From Nannocystis bainbridge (GTDB lineage: Bacteria > Myxococcota_A > Polyangia > Nannocystales > Nannocystaceae): DNA of 64,000 nt. How positions within the stretch are numbered: position 1 is the stretch's first letter; each line of letters starts with the position of its first letter. The position numbers and the translations under genes were made by a program. The stretch is from positions 352,001-416,000 of the forward strand of contig NZ_JAQNDL010000005.1 of assembly GCF_028368995.1 (NCBI RefSeq), read 5' to 3'. Below, piece after piece: positions 1 to 12,431 of this stretch. Under the pieces are notes generated by a model. That model had not been told where the DNA came from and did not search any database. It saw only the letters and a program-made list of their open reading frames with translations.

Positions 1-186
1 CTCCGAGGTTACTACAGGATGCCACTGGCGGCGCGCGGGCAGACATTCGCAGGCCGCGACATGTCCGCGGAATCATCCCTCGCCCGAGCCGCGTCGACCT
101 CGGCCTACATCGCACATCAGGGCCCGTACGGCGGTCGCCGCGCGGACACCTTCAAATCGGGGTCCACGGCACCCGATCTCCCCACG

Positions 187-322
187 TGTCCCGAAGGACA
201 GATTTTATGGATGAGCCCGTTCTATGTCCCGAAGGACAGCTCGCAATCGACTTCGCGCAACATGTCCCGAAGAACATCTTGGACGACACGATCGCCGCTT
301 GGAAGACATGACCGGAGGGACA
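187..322. repeat. Cluster of 14-bp palindromic TGTCC-N4-GGACA units, three of them at an exact 38-bp period
   Basis: TGTCCCGAAGGACA at 187-200 and 225-238, TGTCCCGAAGAACA at 263-276, TGACCGGAGGGACA at 309-322; intergenic. Confidence 0.8.
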
Positions 323-362
323 GATCACGCCCCATCACCGGCGAATGCACCGTCGCGCCCTG

Positions 363-2133
363 TTATCCCGCGGCGCGCAGCTCCACCAGCATGCCCGGCC
401 CCACCAGCACGTGCGGATCGGCCGGGTTCGCCTGCCAGCCGCCGCCCACCGGCAACGCCAGCCGCGCACCGCTCCGCACATGGGTGAAGACCGTCACCGG
501 GCTGGTCTCCACCGTCCATTCCGCCGGCCACGGCCCCGCGAATTCGGCCACCCGCTCGAGGCTGTCCCCGGCCCGCTCCTCCTCGCCGCTGGCGAGCTCC
601 CAGATCCGCCAATCGCCCGCGGCCACGCGGGCGGCCATCCGACGGCCGTCGCGCGAGAACCTCGGGCTCGGCTGCAGGTACGCCTGCGTCGCCTCGTCCA
701 AATTCGTGAGCTCGCCGCAGCGCTGCACCAGCGCCCCCTCGGCCGTGCGAACCTCGACCTGCCCGCCGTCCTGCACCGCGAGAAGGCCCCCGTCGGCGCT
801 CATCCCCAGCCGCCAGCCCGCCAGCTCGAACGTCACTGAACCGACGCAGCGCCCGTGCGGCAGCTCGTGCAACGCCACCGTGGTCGCGCCCTGGGCCAGC
901 GCCGCCATGCGCACCCCCTCGCGGTCGTACGCCAGCCGGTCCCCCAGCGAGAAGCCGAGCGGCTCCCGCATCGCCAGCGCGACCCCGCTGCGGGTGTCCC
1001 ATAGCTGCAGCCCCCCCTTGCGTGCAAATCATGTGACGTGTCCCAAAGTACAGCCACGGATCGGCCGGCCCGCCCTCGAGGTAACGCCCGAACTCCACCT
1101 CCATCCGCGCCAGCGGCTCCCCGGTGCGACCGTCGAGCAGGTCCCGGTCCCACACCAGCCGCGTGCCGTCCGGATCGAAGCACGGCGGGAAGCCCTGCTC
1201 GGGCGGCGGCGTCTTCAGCCGCATCAGCGCCGCCAGCGACCACACCTTCACCGCTCCCGCGAACGTGGCCACGAACTCACCGCTCGGCGACACCGCCATC
1301 TCCCAGCCGAAGATCGGCAGCACGCGCTCGCGGCGACCGTCCCAGCCGATCATCCCGCTGCGAGTCGTCGAGACCACCAGCTTCCCGCCGCCCTCCGCGA
1401 CCTCCGACACCGGTGAATCGGTGACCAGCGCGCGCTCGATCTGCAGCGTCGCCGGATCGACGACATACACGAACCCGGCGGCGTACTCGTCCTCCGAGCC
1501 GTACACGAGCAGGCGTTTCTCGTCGGCCGTGAACTTCGCGCTCGCGGTGCCCTCCGCTGGGCAAGGCAACGCCTCGCGCGGCGCGCCCTCCGAGCGGAGC
1601 AAGTACGTCGGGCCCCACCCGTCGCTCACGAACTTCGGGTACGCCGGCGCGGCCTCGTCGTCCAGATCCGGCTCGGTCACGAATTGATCGCCGCGCCACT
1701 GCCAGCGCACCCGCTCCTTGCGCCGCTCGGGCACCCCGGGGTTCGGGTACATGCGCCGCGCCGACACCACGATCTCGTCGTCCGTCACGAAGCGCAGCAC
1801 GGCCAGCCCCGCCAGCGACACCTCGCTCGAGGTCAGCTCGGCGAGCAGCCCCTCCGTCAGCGGCAGCCGGCGCATCGGCCGGATCCACGGCCTCTGCCGC
1901 GCCGCCAGCTCCTCCGCCCAGCGCCGATACAGCGCCGCCGTCGTCCGGTCGCCGAACGTGCGCGCCAGCATGCAGCTGCCCACCGAATCCGGGTACTGCG
2001 CCAGCAGCTTGCGGTCGCTCTCCAACACCCGCCGCAGCCGCGCCCGCACCTTCTCGCCCTCGATCTCTGCCAGCCACACCTCGAGCGAATCGGTGGCCAG
2101 GGCAGACTCGAGCGCAGCGATCGAGGCAGTCAC
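363..2133 (-). pseudogene. WD40/beta-propeller-like protein, frameshifted at a G7 run (or a sequencing error)
   Basis: ORFs 325..2256 and 363..971 join if the C7 run at 1011-1017 is C6 (QGG-LQLWDTRSGVALAMREP...); beta-propeller-like motifs AVSPSGEFVAT, VKVWSL, PRFSRDGRRMA, WRIWELASG; GTG start at 2133 estimated. Confidence 0.6.
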
Positions 2134-2360
2134 CCCGGTCTTATCGCACGTCCCCGTCGACACCGGCATCCGTGCCCCCCTCACCCCGGTCGACATGCCC
2201 CCCCTCGCCCCCTCTGCGCAAATCCGGCCACTGGCACGCGGCATCATCGACGACACTCTTTTCGGCCTTCACGGCAGGCTGGTCCAGGAGCGCGAATATT
2301 GCTACTTGATCGACCTGGGACGCCGCGCGACGGCTCCAGCCCTCGGACGACGAGACACCC

Positions 2361-5300
2361 ATGAGCAAGCGCCAGGAGCCGCCCGAGCAAGCGTGGGGTC
2401 TCTACGAGACCCTGATCACCGAGGCCGTCGCCGCCAACGTCCGCGACCTCTCCCCTCGTCGCTCCGCGCGGGTCGAGCGGCTCCGCCCAGCCGACGCCGC
2501 CGACCGCCTCGCTTTGCATCTCGGCCGGATCGTCAACCGCGCGCTCGCGGCGTTGCCCGACGAGGAGCGGGTGCCTCGCGGCGTTCAGTTGGCGCGGCAG
2601 TTGATCGCGCAGATCGCCTCCGAGCTCGCCCTCGACCTCGCCCCCGACCTCCCGCGCGAGCCCGGCGAGGTCCTGCGGGCGCTGCTGGGCCGCCTGCCGG
2701 ACGGCAGCGCCGAGCTCCTGAGCGAGCCGATGATCCCGCTGCTCGACACCACGCTCCTCACCAACGCCCCGGGGGAGCCGCGGCTCGGTCACCAGCTCCA
2801 CGCCGAGATCCACTCCTCCGATCGCATCGATCTGCTGATGGCATTCATTCGTCGCAGCGGCCTCGCCCCGTTGCTGGACGCCCTTCGCCGCCACTGCGAG
2901 GCCGGCCGCACCCTGCGGCTCTTGACCACCACCTACACCGGCTCGACCGAGGCGCGCGCTCTCGATCAGCTGCGCGCGCTCGGGGCCGACATTCGCATCT
3001 CCTACGATACCGGGGCGTCGCGCCTGCACGCCAAGGCGTGGCTGTTTCACCGCCGCTCGGGCTTCTCGACGGCGTACATCGGCTCCTCGAACCTCACCCA
3101 CGCCGCGCAGGTCACCGGCCTCGAGTGGAACCTCCGCGTCTCGAGCGCGCGCAACCCCGACGTGATCGACCGCGTCGCCGCGGTCTTCGAGACCTACTGG
3201 AACAGCGACGACTTCATCGCCTACGACCCCGACCAATTCGCCGCCGAGAACGAGCGCGCGTCCGGCCCTGTCCTCCTGCTCAGCCCCATCGAACTGCGCC
3301 TGGAGCCCTTCCAGGAGCGCATGCTCGAGCAGATCGCCCTCGCCCGCGCGCAAGGTCATCACCGCAACCTCCTCGTCTCCGCCACCGGCACCGGCAAGAC
3401 CGTGATGGCCGCCGTCGACTACGCCCGGCTGCGCGCGAGCCTGCCGCGCGCCCGGCTCCTGTTCGTCGCTCACCGCGAGGAGCTCCTCGACCAGAGCCTC
3501 GCGACCTTCCGCCACGCCCTCCGTGAGCCCAGCTTCGGCGAGCTATGGGTCGGCGGCCAGCGGCCGCGGCGGTTCGAGCACGTGTTCGCCTCGATCCAGA
3601 GCCTGAACGCCGCCGGCCTCGCCGACCTCGACCCACGCCAGTTCGACGTCGTGATCGTCGATGAATTCCACCACGCCGCCGCGCCGTCGTACCGCGCCTT
3701 GCTCGATCACATCACCCCGCTCGAGCTGCTCGGATTGACCGCCACTCCCGAGCGCAGCGACGGCCTGCCGCTGCTCGGGTGGTTCGACGGCCGGATCGCC
3801 GCCGAGCTGCGCCTGTGGGACGCCATCGATCAGCGCCGCCTCGCCCCGTTCCTGTACTACGGCATTCACGACGGCCTCGACCTGCGCGACGTCGCCTGGC
3901 GTCGCGGTCGCGGCTACGACGTCGCGTCGCTCTCGAACCTGATCACCGCCAACGACGTCTGGGCCCGCCGGGTGCTCGCCCAGCTCGTCGCGCGCATCGA
4001 CGATCCTCGCGCGATGCGAGCGCTCGGCTTCTGCGTCAGCGTCGACCACGCCCGCTTCATGGCCCGCGTCTTCAACGAGGCCGGCATCGCCGCGCTCGCC
4101 GTGTGTGGCGACAGCCCGGACGGCGAGCGCCGCGCCGCGCTCGACGACCTCGCCGCGCGCCGCGTCAACATCGTCTTCTCGGTCGACCTCTTCAACGAGG
4201 GCATCGACGTGCCCGCCGTCGACACTCTCCTCCTGCTCCGACCGACGGACAGTCCGACGCTGTTCCTGCAGCAGCTCGGCCGCGGCCTCCGGCGCAGCCA
4301 CGGCAAGGAGGCCTGCACCGTCCTGGACTTCGTCGGCCGCCACCGCGCCGAGTTTCGCTTCGATCGCCGGTTCCAGGCCCTCCTCGGCGGCTCTCGCCGC
4401 GACCTCGTGCAGCAGATCGAGCACGGCTTCCCGTTCCTCCCGGCCGGCTGCCATCTCGAGCTCGACCCGATCGCCGCCGACATCGTGCTCGCCAACATCC
4501 GCCAGGCGACCCCCTCGCGACGCCCCGCCAAGATCGAAGCCCTGCGCCGGCTCGCCCGCGAGCACGGCGCGCCCACGCTCGATCAATACCTCACGGAGGA
4601 GGGCCTCGATCTCGCCGATGTCTACAGCGGAGACGGCTGGTCGGACCTGTGCGAGGCCGCCGGCCTGTCCCTTCGGCCAGCCGGGCCGCGCGAGGCCGAG
4701 CTCCGCCGCGCCTGCGCGCGCCTGCTCCACATCGACGACCCCGAGCGGATCGCGGCCTTCCGGGACCTCGTGGCCCGCGACGCACCTCCGCCGCTCACGG
4801 GCATGCCGGAGCGCCAGCGTCGGCTGCTGCGCATGCTCGTCGCGGCCGTGACCGAGCGCGCCCTCGACAAGACCACCACGCTCGCCCAGGCCAGCGCGCT
4901 GCTCTGGCAACACCCGCAAGTGTTGGCCGAGCTCCGCGAGCTGCTCGCCGTGCTCGCCGGCCGCATCGATCACCTCCACCACCCGCTCGCGGAGCGTCCT
5001 GATGTCCCGCTGCAGGTCCACGCTCGCTACACCCGCATCGAGATCCTCGCGGCGTTCGGCGTCGGCGCCGAGGCCAAGGTCGCGCCGTGGCAAACCGGCG
5101 TCTACTGGGCCAAGGAAGCGCGCGCCGACCTCCTGGCCTTCACGCTCGACAAGACCAGCGGCAACTTCTCACCGACCACCCGTTATCGCGACTACGCGAT
5201 CAGCCGCGAGCTTATCCACTGGGAGAGCCAGGCGATGACCCGCGCCACCAGCGAGACCGCCCGGCGTTACCAACAGCACGTCCAGCTCGGCACCGCGATC

Positions 5301-5462
5301 ATGTTGTTCGCCCGCGTTCGCAGCGACGAGCGGGCCTTCTGGTTCCTCGGGCCTGCCACTTACGTCCGCCACGAAAGAGAGGCGCCGATGGCCGTCACGT
5401 GGCGCCTGCATCACGCGCTCCCCGGCGACCTCTTCACCGCGTTCGCCGCCGCGGTCGCCTGA
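2361..5462 (+). CDS. PLD(HKD) nuclease + SF2 helicase + DUF3427 protein, SauUSI-like Type IV restriction enzyme candidate
   Basis: LHAKAW...IGSSNLT...EWN PLD motif; SATGTGKT Walker A; IVDEFHH; LGLTATPER; QQLGRGLR; C-terminal YRDYAISRELIHWESQ typical of DUF3427. Confidence 0.85.
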   Translation: MSKRQEPPEQAWGLYETLITEAVAANVRDLSPRRSARVERLRPADAADRLALHLGRIVNRALAALPDEERVPRGVQLARQLIAQIASELALDLAPDLPREPGEVLRALLGRLPDGSAELLSEPMIPLLDTTLLTNAPGEPRLGHQLHAEIHSSDRIDLLMAFIRRSGLAPLLDALRRHCEAGRTLRLLTTTYTGSTEARALDQLRALGADIRISYDTGASRLHAKAWLFHRRSGFSTAYIGSSNLTHAAQVTGLEWNLRVSSARNPDVIDRVAAVFETYWNSDDFIAYDPDQFAAENERASGPVLLLSPIELRLEPFQERMLEQIALARAQGHHRNLLVSATGTGKTVMAAVDYARLRASLPRARLLFVAHREELLDQSLATFRHALREPSFGELWVGGQRPRRFEHVFASIQSLNAAGLADLDPRQFDVVIVDEFHHAAAPSYRALLDHITPLELLGLTATPERSDGLPLLGWFDGRIAAELRLWDAIDQRRLAPFLYYGIHDGLDLRDVAWRRGRGYDVASLSNLITANDVWARRVLAQLVARIDDPRAMRALGFCVSVDHARFMARVFNEAGIAALAVCGDSPDGERRAALDDLAARRVNIVFSVDLFNEGIDVPAVDTLLLLRPTDSPTLFLQQLGRGLRRSHGKEACTVLDFVGRHRAEFRFDRRFQALLGGSRRDLVQQIEHGFPFLPAGCHLELDPIAADIVLANIRQATPSRRPAKIEALRRLAREHGAPTLDQYLTEEGLDLADVYSGDGWSDLCEAAGLSLRPAGPREAELRRACARLLHIDDPERIAAFRDLVARDAPPPLTGMPERQRRLLRMLVAAVTERALDKTTTLAQASALLWQHPQVLAELRELLAVLAGRIDHLHHPLAERPDVPLQVHARYTRIEILAAFGVGAEAKVAPWQTGVYWAKEARADLLAFTLDKTSGNFSPTTRYRDYAISRELIHWESQAMTRATSETARRYQQHVQLGTAIMLFARVRSDERAFWFLGPATYVRHEREAPMAVTWRLHHALPGDLFTAFAAAVA

Positions 5463-5636
5463 CCGCTGCGTATCGCAGCGCTCCCTCTCGACTCACGGCC
5501 GCTCGCGCCCGCATGGTCTGCAGGGTCGCACGCGTGCCGTGACGCGCCGATCGCGTCCTTACACTCCCGTATGGGTCGGAGCCCGCCCACGTCCTCGGGT
5601 CGACGCCGAGGCACCGCGCTCACCCGATCTCGAGGA

Positions 5637-5650
5637 TGTCCCGAAGGACA
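5637..5650. repeat. TGTCC-N4-GGACA palindrome copy
   Basis: TGTCCCGAAGGACAG preceded by CACCCGATCTC, the same flank as the copy at 170-201. Confidence 0.7.
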
Positions 5651-5853
5651 GCTGACCTCACATCGCGCCTGCGGCGCGAGGCTGCCGGGGACGTCCGCCT
5701 CGCTCGGCCCTGCGGCTCACGCGCGACGCTCCAGGAGCGCGACGGACGGGCGAAGCGTGCACCTCGTCCCTCGATCCTCGGGTTCGTGCCCAGGATGTCC
5801 GCGGACGGCTCGTCAGTATCTGCGGGCTGGCTGCGCGGTGTAAGCTCGCCGCG

Positions 5854-6798
5854 ATGGCCGCAAGCGACAGGTCGAACGAAGAGCTCACCGCCGAGGTGGA
5901 GGCGCTTCGGCGGCAGGTGGAGGAGCTCGAGGTCGACGCGCGGCGGTACCGGGCGATGGTCGACAATGTCGCCCTCAGCGTCCAGGTCTGCGACGCCGCC
6001 GGTCGCGTCGTCGAGGTCAACCGCGGCTTCGAGCGGCTGTGGCACCTCTCGCTCGCCGCCGTGCACGGCCACGTCATCCTCGAGGACAAGCAGCTCGAGC
6101 CGTCCGGCAGCCTGCGCGGCGTTCGCCACGCCTACGCCACCGGCGAGGCCACCCGGCTGCCCGCCATTCGCTACGATCCGCGGCACACCGAGGGCGTCTC
6201 CGACGGCTCTGCGGGGTGGGTCGCCTCCTCGATCTACCCCGTGCGCGACGACGCCGGCCGGCTCGTCGAGGCCGTGATCATGCACTACGAGATCGGCGAG
6301 CTGAAGCGCAGCGAGGAGGAGCTGCGGATCCAGAACGAGGCGCTCGAGGCCGCGGTCGCCGCCCGCACGGCCGAGCTGTCCGAGCACCTGCGCCTGCTCC
6401 ACGCCCAGCAGCAGTCGCTGCGCGAGCTCTCCACGCCGGTGATCCGCCTGTGGCCGGGGATCCTCGCGCTGCCGCTGATCGGGGTGATCGACGCCGCCCG
6501 GGCGACGCAGATCATGGAGAACCTGCTCTCGGCGATCGTCCATCACCGCGCCTCGCAGGTCCTGCTCGACGTCACCGGCGTGCCCGTCATCGACGCGGAG
6601 GTCGCCGCCCACCTGTGCCAGACCGTCGGCGCCGCGGCGCTGCTCGGCGTGCGCTGCATCCTCGTCGGCATCTCGCCGACCATGGCGCAGACCCTCGTCG
6701 AGCTCGACCTCGACCTCACGCGCCTGGCCACCGCCGCGAGCCTGGAAGACGGCCTCCGACAGGCGCTCGCGCAGCGCAGCCCGACCCCCCGCGGCTGA
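5854..6798 (+). CDS. PAS + STAS domain protein (RsbR-like)
   Basis: N-terminal PAS, then LRELSTPVIRLWPGILALPLIGVID...LLDVTGVPVID...LLGVRCILVGISP, the RsbR-type STAS signature. Confidence 0.9.
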   Translation: MAASDRSNEELTAEVEALRRQVEELEVDARRYRAMVDNVALSVQVCDAAGRVVEVNRGFERLWHLSLAAVHGHVILEDKQLEPSGSLRGVRHAYATGEATRLPAIRYDPRHTEGVSDGSAGWVASSIYPVRDDAGRLVEAVIMHYEIGELKRSEEELRIQNEALEAAVAARTAELSEHLRLLHAQQQSLRELSTPVIRLWPGILALPLIGVIDAARATQIMENLLSAIVHHRASQVLLDVTGVPVIDAEVAAHLCQTVGAAALLGVRCILVGISPTMAQTLVELDLDLTRLATAASLEDGLRQALAQRSPTPRG

Positions 6799-6943
6799 TC
6801 GTCGCCAGGCGTCGCGCCGGAGCAGCCGCCGCCGGCAGGCGCTCGCGCAGCGCGACCCGGCGTTGGGACCCAGATCGTCGTGATCATGCGCTAGCCCGCG
6901 CCGAGGGTTGACATCCGCCCGAGGCCGGGGAAACGATCGCGGG

Positions 6944-7369
6944 ATGATGAGAGCATCCGCCGCCCGCGGCCGAACGCAGGTCATCGGCGTCATCAACACC
7001 TGCATGACCTTCCAAGTGGCGGTGATCGTGCTGTTCGTGGCCGTCCGTGGCGGCGAGCGGCTGCCGCAGCAGCTCGTCCGCACTCTCCTGGCCGCCGGCC
7101 TGTGCTACGCGCTCTACCGCGGCGCTCCGTGGGCGCGCTGGACCACGGCCGTGCTGTACGGCTTCGCCGGCGCGCTGGGGATGGTCCTGCTGGCGACCGA
7201 CCACGACACCGTGAACGCGATGACGCTGTTCCAGTTCGCTATGGCCACCAGCTTCCTCTCCTGCACCGTGGTCCTGGTGCTCTCGCGCGACGTGGCGGCG
7301 TACTTTCGCCGCGACACCGCCGTCCGCTCGCCGCCCGGGCAGCCCCGCGCCCCGGACAAAGTGCAATGA
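6944..7369 (+). CDS. small integral membrane protein, hypothetical
   Basis: about four hydrophobic segments, LYRGAPWARW motif, GC-rich third codon positions. Confidence 0.6.
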   Translation: MMRASAARGRTQVIGVINTCMTFQVAVIVLFVAVRGGERLPQQLVRTLLAAGLCYALYRGAPWARWTTAVLYGFAGALGMVLLATDHDTVNAMTLFQFAMATSFLSCTVVLVLSRDVAAYFRRDTAVRSPPGQPRAPDKVQ

Positions 7370-7584
7370 CCATTGGGACATGTGTCGGGAGGGCTACTGC
7401 CCCATCCTCCGACGCCAGGCCACGAAGCTCGACCCGATCGCAGTCGCCAGCCGCGAGAGGGGGTCCTTCCGTCCCTCAACGCCAGGTATAGAAGCGTTCC
7501 ATCTGCTCATGACGCCTCCGGCGTGTGCTCCAAGCACCTTCGCCCGCAGCGAGTCATTTATCACAACAGATGACCCAAGAGACA
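7367..7584. repeat. two degenerate 14-bp palindrome copies
   Basis: TGACCATTGGGACA at 7367-7380 and TGACCCAAGAGACA at 7571-7584. Confidence 0.5.
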
Positions 7585-7784
7585 TGTTGCGCCCCCGCTC
7601 CTCCGCCGGGCGGCCGCGCGCGTCGGCTCGCCCAATCGCGCGAGGCGCTCATCCGGGTCCCCCTCCCCCCGGCCGCCCTCACCAGTAACTCCCCCGAGCG
7701 CGCCTCCTCCTCGTACGAATCGGCGGTCCGCGCCTCGGTCGATACCCCACCCATTCGCGCACGAAAACGCCACCGACGCGCGAT

Positions 7785-7818
7785 CTAAGTCAGTTGACTT
7801 TTCAGGCGAATGACTTAG
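7785..7818. promoter_or_regulatory. AT-rich nested inverted repeat, probable repressor operator upstream of the BVMO operon
   Basis: AAGTCA-GT-TGACTT (7787-7800) nested in CTAAGTCA...TGACTTAG (7785-7818). Confidence 0.5.
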
Positions 7819-8074
7819 TGTACCGGCCCGGGAGGATGCGCTCCCAGACCACCTCTAAAAAGCCCACGGGAGGGGCTCCTCCCATTCCCTGGAATGCCGC
7901 GCCCCCGGTCGGATCTGCCGTGGTCGCGCCGGGACCGTCATCGCCCTGCGATGATTCGCGGGACCGCGCCCTCGCCGGCGCGCCCGCGCATAGGTCCGCC
8001 CGTGGCTCGACGAATGATGGCAGCGCCCTTGCCCCTTCGGGCCGGCGCCTCTTTGCAGCGAAGGATGTGCGACG

Positions 8075-9886
<1,812 letters not shown>

Positions 9887-9905
9887 ACGCGCCCCGGAGG
9901 ACCTC

Positions 9906-11546
9906 ATGCGTCGCGCGCTCCAAGCACTCGTGATCACCTGCCTCGCGCTGGGCCCCACCAGCCAGGCCCAGGCCGCCCCGCCGCCCAAATACCGCCAGGA
10001 GGTCGTGGTCGCCGGCTCATCGTTCCAGGGCGTGCACGGGCTGGTCGTCGACAAGGGTCGATTGCTGGCCGGCAACCTGCTCGGCCAGACCGTGCACGCC
10101 GTCGACCTCGCCACCGGCGCCGTCTCGACCGTGGTGGGCCCGCCGCTCGGCGGCGCCGACGACCTGACCCTCGGGCCAGATGGCTCGATGTACTGGACCG
10201 GCTTCTTCTCCGGCCAGCTGATGCGACGCACCCCGCAGGGCAAGGTCCGCGCGATCGCCAAGGACCTGCCGGGCCTCAACTCGCTGGCGTTCCGCGGCGA
10301 CGGCCGGCTCTACGTCACCCAGCTGGGCCCGGCCGACGCCCTGTGGCAGGTCGACCCGACCGGCAAGCAGAAGCCGCGGCAGGTCCTGGCCGCGCCGGGC
10401 TTCCTCAACGGCTTCGAGTTCGGCCCCGACGACCGCCTGTACGGCCCGCTCCTGCTCAAGGGACAGGTCGTGCGGGTCGACGTCGACACCGGCAAGATCG
10501 AGGTCGTCGCCGGCGGCTTCACCATGCCGACCGCGGTCAACTTCGACAGCAAGCGCGAGCACCTGTTCGTCGTCGACGCCGCGACCGGCGAGCTCGTGCG
10601 CGTGCGCGTGGCCACCGGCGAGAAAAAGCTCGTCGCCCAGCTTCCGACCGGGCTCGACAACCTCGCCGTCGGCCCCGACGACCGGGTCTACGTGTCCAAC
10701 ATGGTCGACAACGACATCCGCGTGGTGAACCCCGCCGACGGCTCGGTGCGCACCGTGGTCGCCGCGCGCCTCACCGTGCCCTCCGGCCTCGCCGTCGCCC
10801 CGGACGACGTCGACGAGCAGCTGTGGGTCGCCGACGTGTACGCGCTGCGGCGGGTCGGCGGGCGTGACGGCAAGATCGCCCAGACCACCCGCGTGCTCTC
10901 GACGCCGATGGTGTTCCCGATGCACGTCAGCCTCGGCGACAAGCACGGGATCCTCAGCAGCGCCTACCTCGCAAGCGTGCAGGTGCTCGACCGGGCCAAC
11001 GGCGCGGTCCTGCGGACGATCCCCAACACCGGCGGCGTTCAGGGGGCGATCGAGCTCGGCGACGGCGCGCTGGTGGCCGCCGAAGCGACCACGGGCCGGC
11101 TCGTGCGCATCGACAAGGCCGAGCCCGCGACGACCACCGTGCTCAGCGAGGGCCTGCAGGGCCCGGTGGGCCTGGTCGGCGACCTGCAGGCGGACGAGCC
11201 GGCGGTCTACGTCACCGAGGTGCGCGCGGGCCGGGTCACGCGCGTGCGCCTGTCGGACGGGGCCAAGCGCACGGTCGCCAAGGGCCTGCGCGCGCCCGAG
11301 GGCATCGCCCGTCACCCCGACGGCGGCCTCGTCGTCGCCGAGGTCGGCCGCAAGCGCCTGGTCCGCATCGACCCCGCGACGGGCCGCAAGACCGTGCTGG
11401 CGAGCGGCCTGCGCATCGGCCTGCCCGAGAGCCGCGGCCTGCCGCCCGGTTACGTGCCGACCGGGGTCGCCGTGGGCCGCTCGGGCACCATCTACGTCTC
11501 GTCGGACGTCGAGAGCGCCCTCTATCGATTCGTGCCGGTCCCCTGA
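9906..11546 (+). CDS. secreted SMP-30/gluconolactonase-like double beta-propeller protein
   Basis: signal peptide; repeated blades ([36 protein letters not shown]); 20 bp after the BVMO gene. Confidence 0.8.
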   Translation: MRRALQALVITCLALGPTSQAQAAPPPKYRQEVVVAGSSFQGVHGLVVDKGRLLAGNLLGQTVHAVDLATGAVSTVVGPPLGGADDLTLGPDGSMYWTGFFSGQLMRRTPQGKVRAIAKDLPGLNSLAFRGDGRLYVTQLGPADALWQVDPTGKQKPRQVLAAPGFLNGFEFGPDDRLYGPLLLKGQVVRVDVDTGKIEVVAGGFTMPTAVNFDSKREHLFVVDAATGELVRVRVATGEKKLVAQLPTGLDNLAVGPDDRVYVSNMVDNDIRVVNPADGSVRTVVAARLTVPSGLAVAPDDVDEQLWVADVYALRRVGGRDGKIAQTTRVLSTPMVFPMHVSLGDKHGILSSAYLASVQVLDRANGAVLRTIPNTGGVQGAIELGDGALVAAEATTGRLVRIDKAEPATTTVLSEGLQGPVGLVGDLQADEPAVYVTEVRAGRVTRVRLSDGAKRTVAKGLRAPEGIARHPDGGLVVAEVGRKRLVRIDPATGRKTVLASGLRIGLPESRGLPPGYVPTGVAVGRSGTIYVSSDVESALYRFVPVP

Positions 11547-11550
11547 ACAC

Positions 11551-11940
11551 TCACCCGATCGGCTGATACAGCTGGATCAGGTTGCCGCAGGTGTCGGCGA
11601 GGATTGCGATCGACACCGCGCCCATCGGCGTCGGCTCGATCGTGAAGGCCACCCCGCGCGCGCGCAGCCGATCGTACTCCGCCGCGAGGTCGTCGACCTC
11701 GAACGCCGTCAGCGGGATCCCCTGGGAGAACAGCGCCGCCTGGTACGTCTTCGCCGCCGGGTTGGCGTTGGGCTCGAGCACCAGCTCGACATCGCCGGGC
11801 CCCTCCGGCGAGACCACCGTGATCCAGCGGTACTCGCCGATCGGCAGGTCGTGCTTCGGCTTGAAGCCGAGCACCTCGGTGTAAAACCGCAGCGCCTTGT
11901 CCTGATCGTCGACCATGATGCTGTTCAGCTTGATCTTCAT
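11551..11940 (-). CDS. VOC/glyoxalase family protein
   Basis: MKIKLNSIMVDDQDKALRFYTEVLGF...DTCGNLIQLYQ; GGAGG RBS. Confidence 0.92.
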   Translation of the reverse strand: MKIKLNSIMVDDQDKALRFYTEVLGFKPKHDLPIGEYRWITVVSPEGPGDVELVLEPNANPAAKTYQAALFSQGIPLTAFEVDDLAAEYDRLRARGVAFTIEPTPMGAVSIAILADTCGNLIQLYQPIG

Positions 11941-11987
11941 CGCTTCGCCTCCGTGGATGCGCGGCGAGCATGACAGCTGCCGTACGG

Positions 11988-12431
11988 TCACGCTTCTCGA
12001 AAATTGCGAAACGTGCCCGGCGGCAGCCCGCCCATCAGCGTCAGGCAGCCCGCGACCGGGCTCACCGGCCGCGACGGCGGCACCTGCACCAGCCCTCGCA
12101 GACGCCGCTGATACGCCGACGGCGTCACCCCGACCCGCCGCCGGAACAGCGCGCTGAAGCTCCCGAGGCTGGAGAAGCCGACCTCCAGACACACCTCGGT
12201 CACCGGCATGTGCCCGGCCGCCAGCAGCCGGCGGGCGCGACCCAGCCGCGCGTGGATCCGGAGCTGATGCGGCGTCGCCCCGAACACCGCCTCGAACTGC
12301 CGGATGAAGTGGTACTGCGAGATGCCGACGGCGCGCGCGACCTCGCCGACCGACGCCTGGCCCTCGCCGACCTCGCACAGCAGGTCGCGCGCGCGGCACA
12401 GATGGCGGAAGACGTCGGGCCGCAGCAGCAT
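11988..12431 (-). CDS. short AraC-family HTH regulator
   Basis: VARAVGISQYHFIRQF...VTEVCLEVGFSSLGSFSALF; common pairing with a VOC gene. Confidence 0.9.
   Translation of the reverse strand: MLLRPDVFRHLCRARDLLCEVGEGQASVGEVARAVGISQYHFIRQFEAVFGATPHQLRIHARLGRARRLLAAGHMPVTEVCLEVGFSSLGSFSALFRRRVGVTPSAYQRRLRGLVQVPPSRPVSPVAGCLTLMGGLPPGTFRNFREA

Noticed and set aside
187-322. CRISPR array
   Set aside because: The repeat is only 14-16 bp with three periodic units, there are no cas genes, and the same motif is dispersed elsewhere.
19-1416. Long plus-strand ORF and the many other overlapping Arg/Pro/Ala-rich ORFs (e.g. 14748..16823, 39075..42014, 50387..53983)
   Set aside because: Shadow ORFs of high-GC DNA, antisense or out of frame to genes with clear motifs.
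2232-2247. TGGCAC as a sigma54 promoter for the helicase gene
   Set aside because: No TTGC -12 element at the required spacing.
7400-8070. Possible ncRNA or riboswitch in the long intergenic region
   Set aside because: No recognisable family motif; a covariance-model search would be needed.
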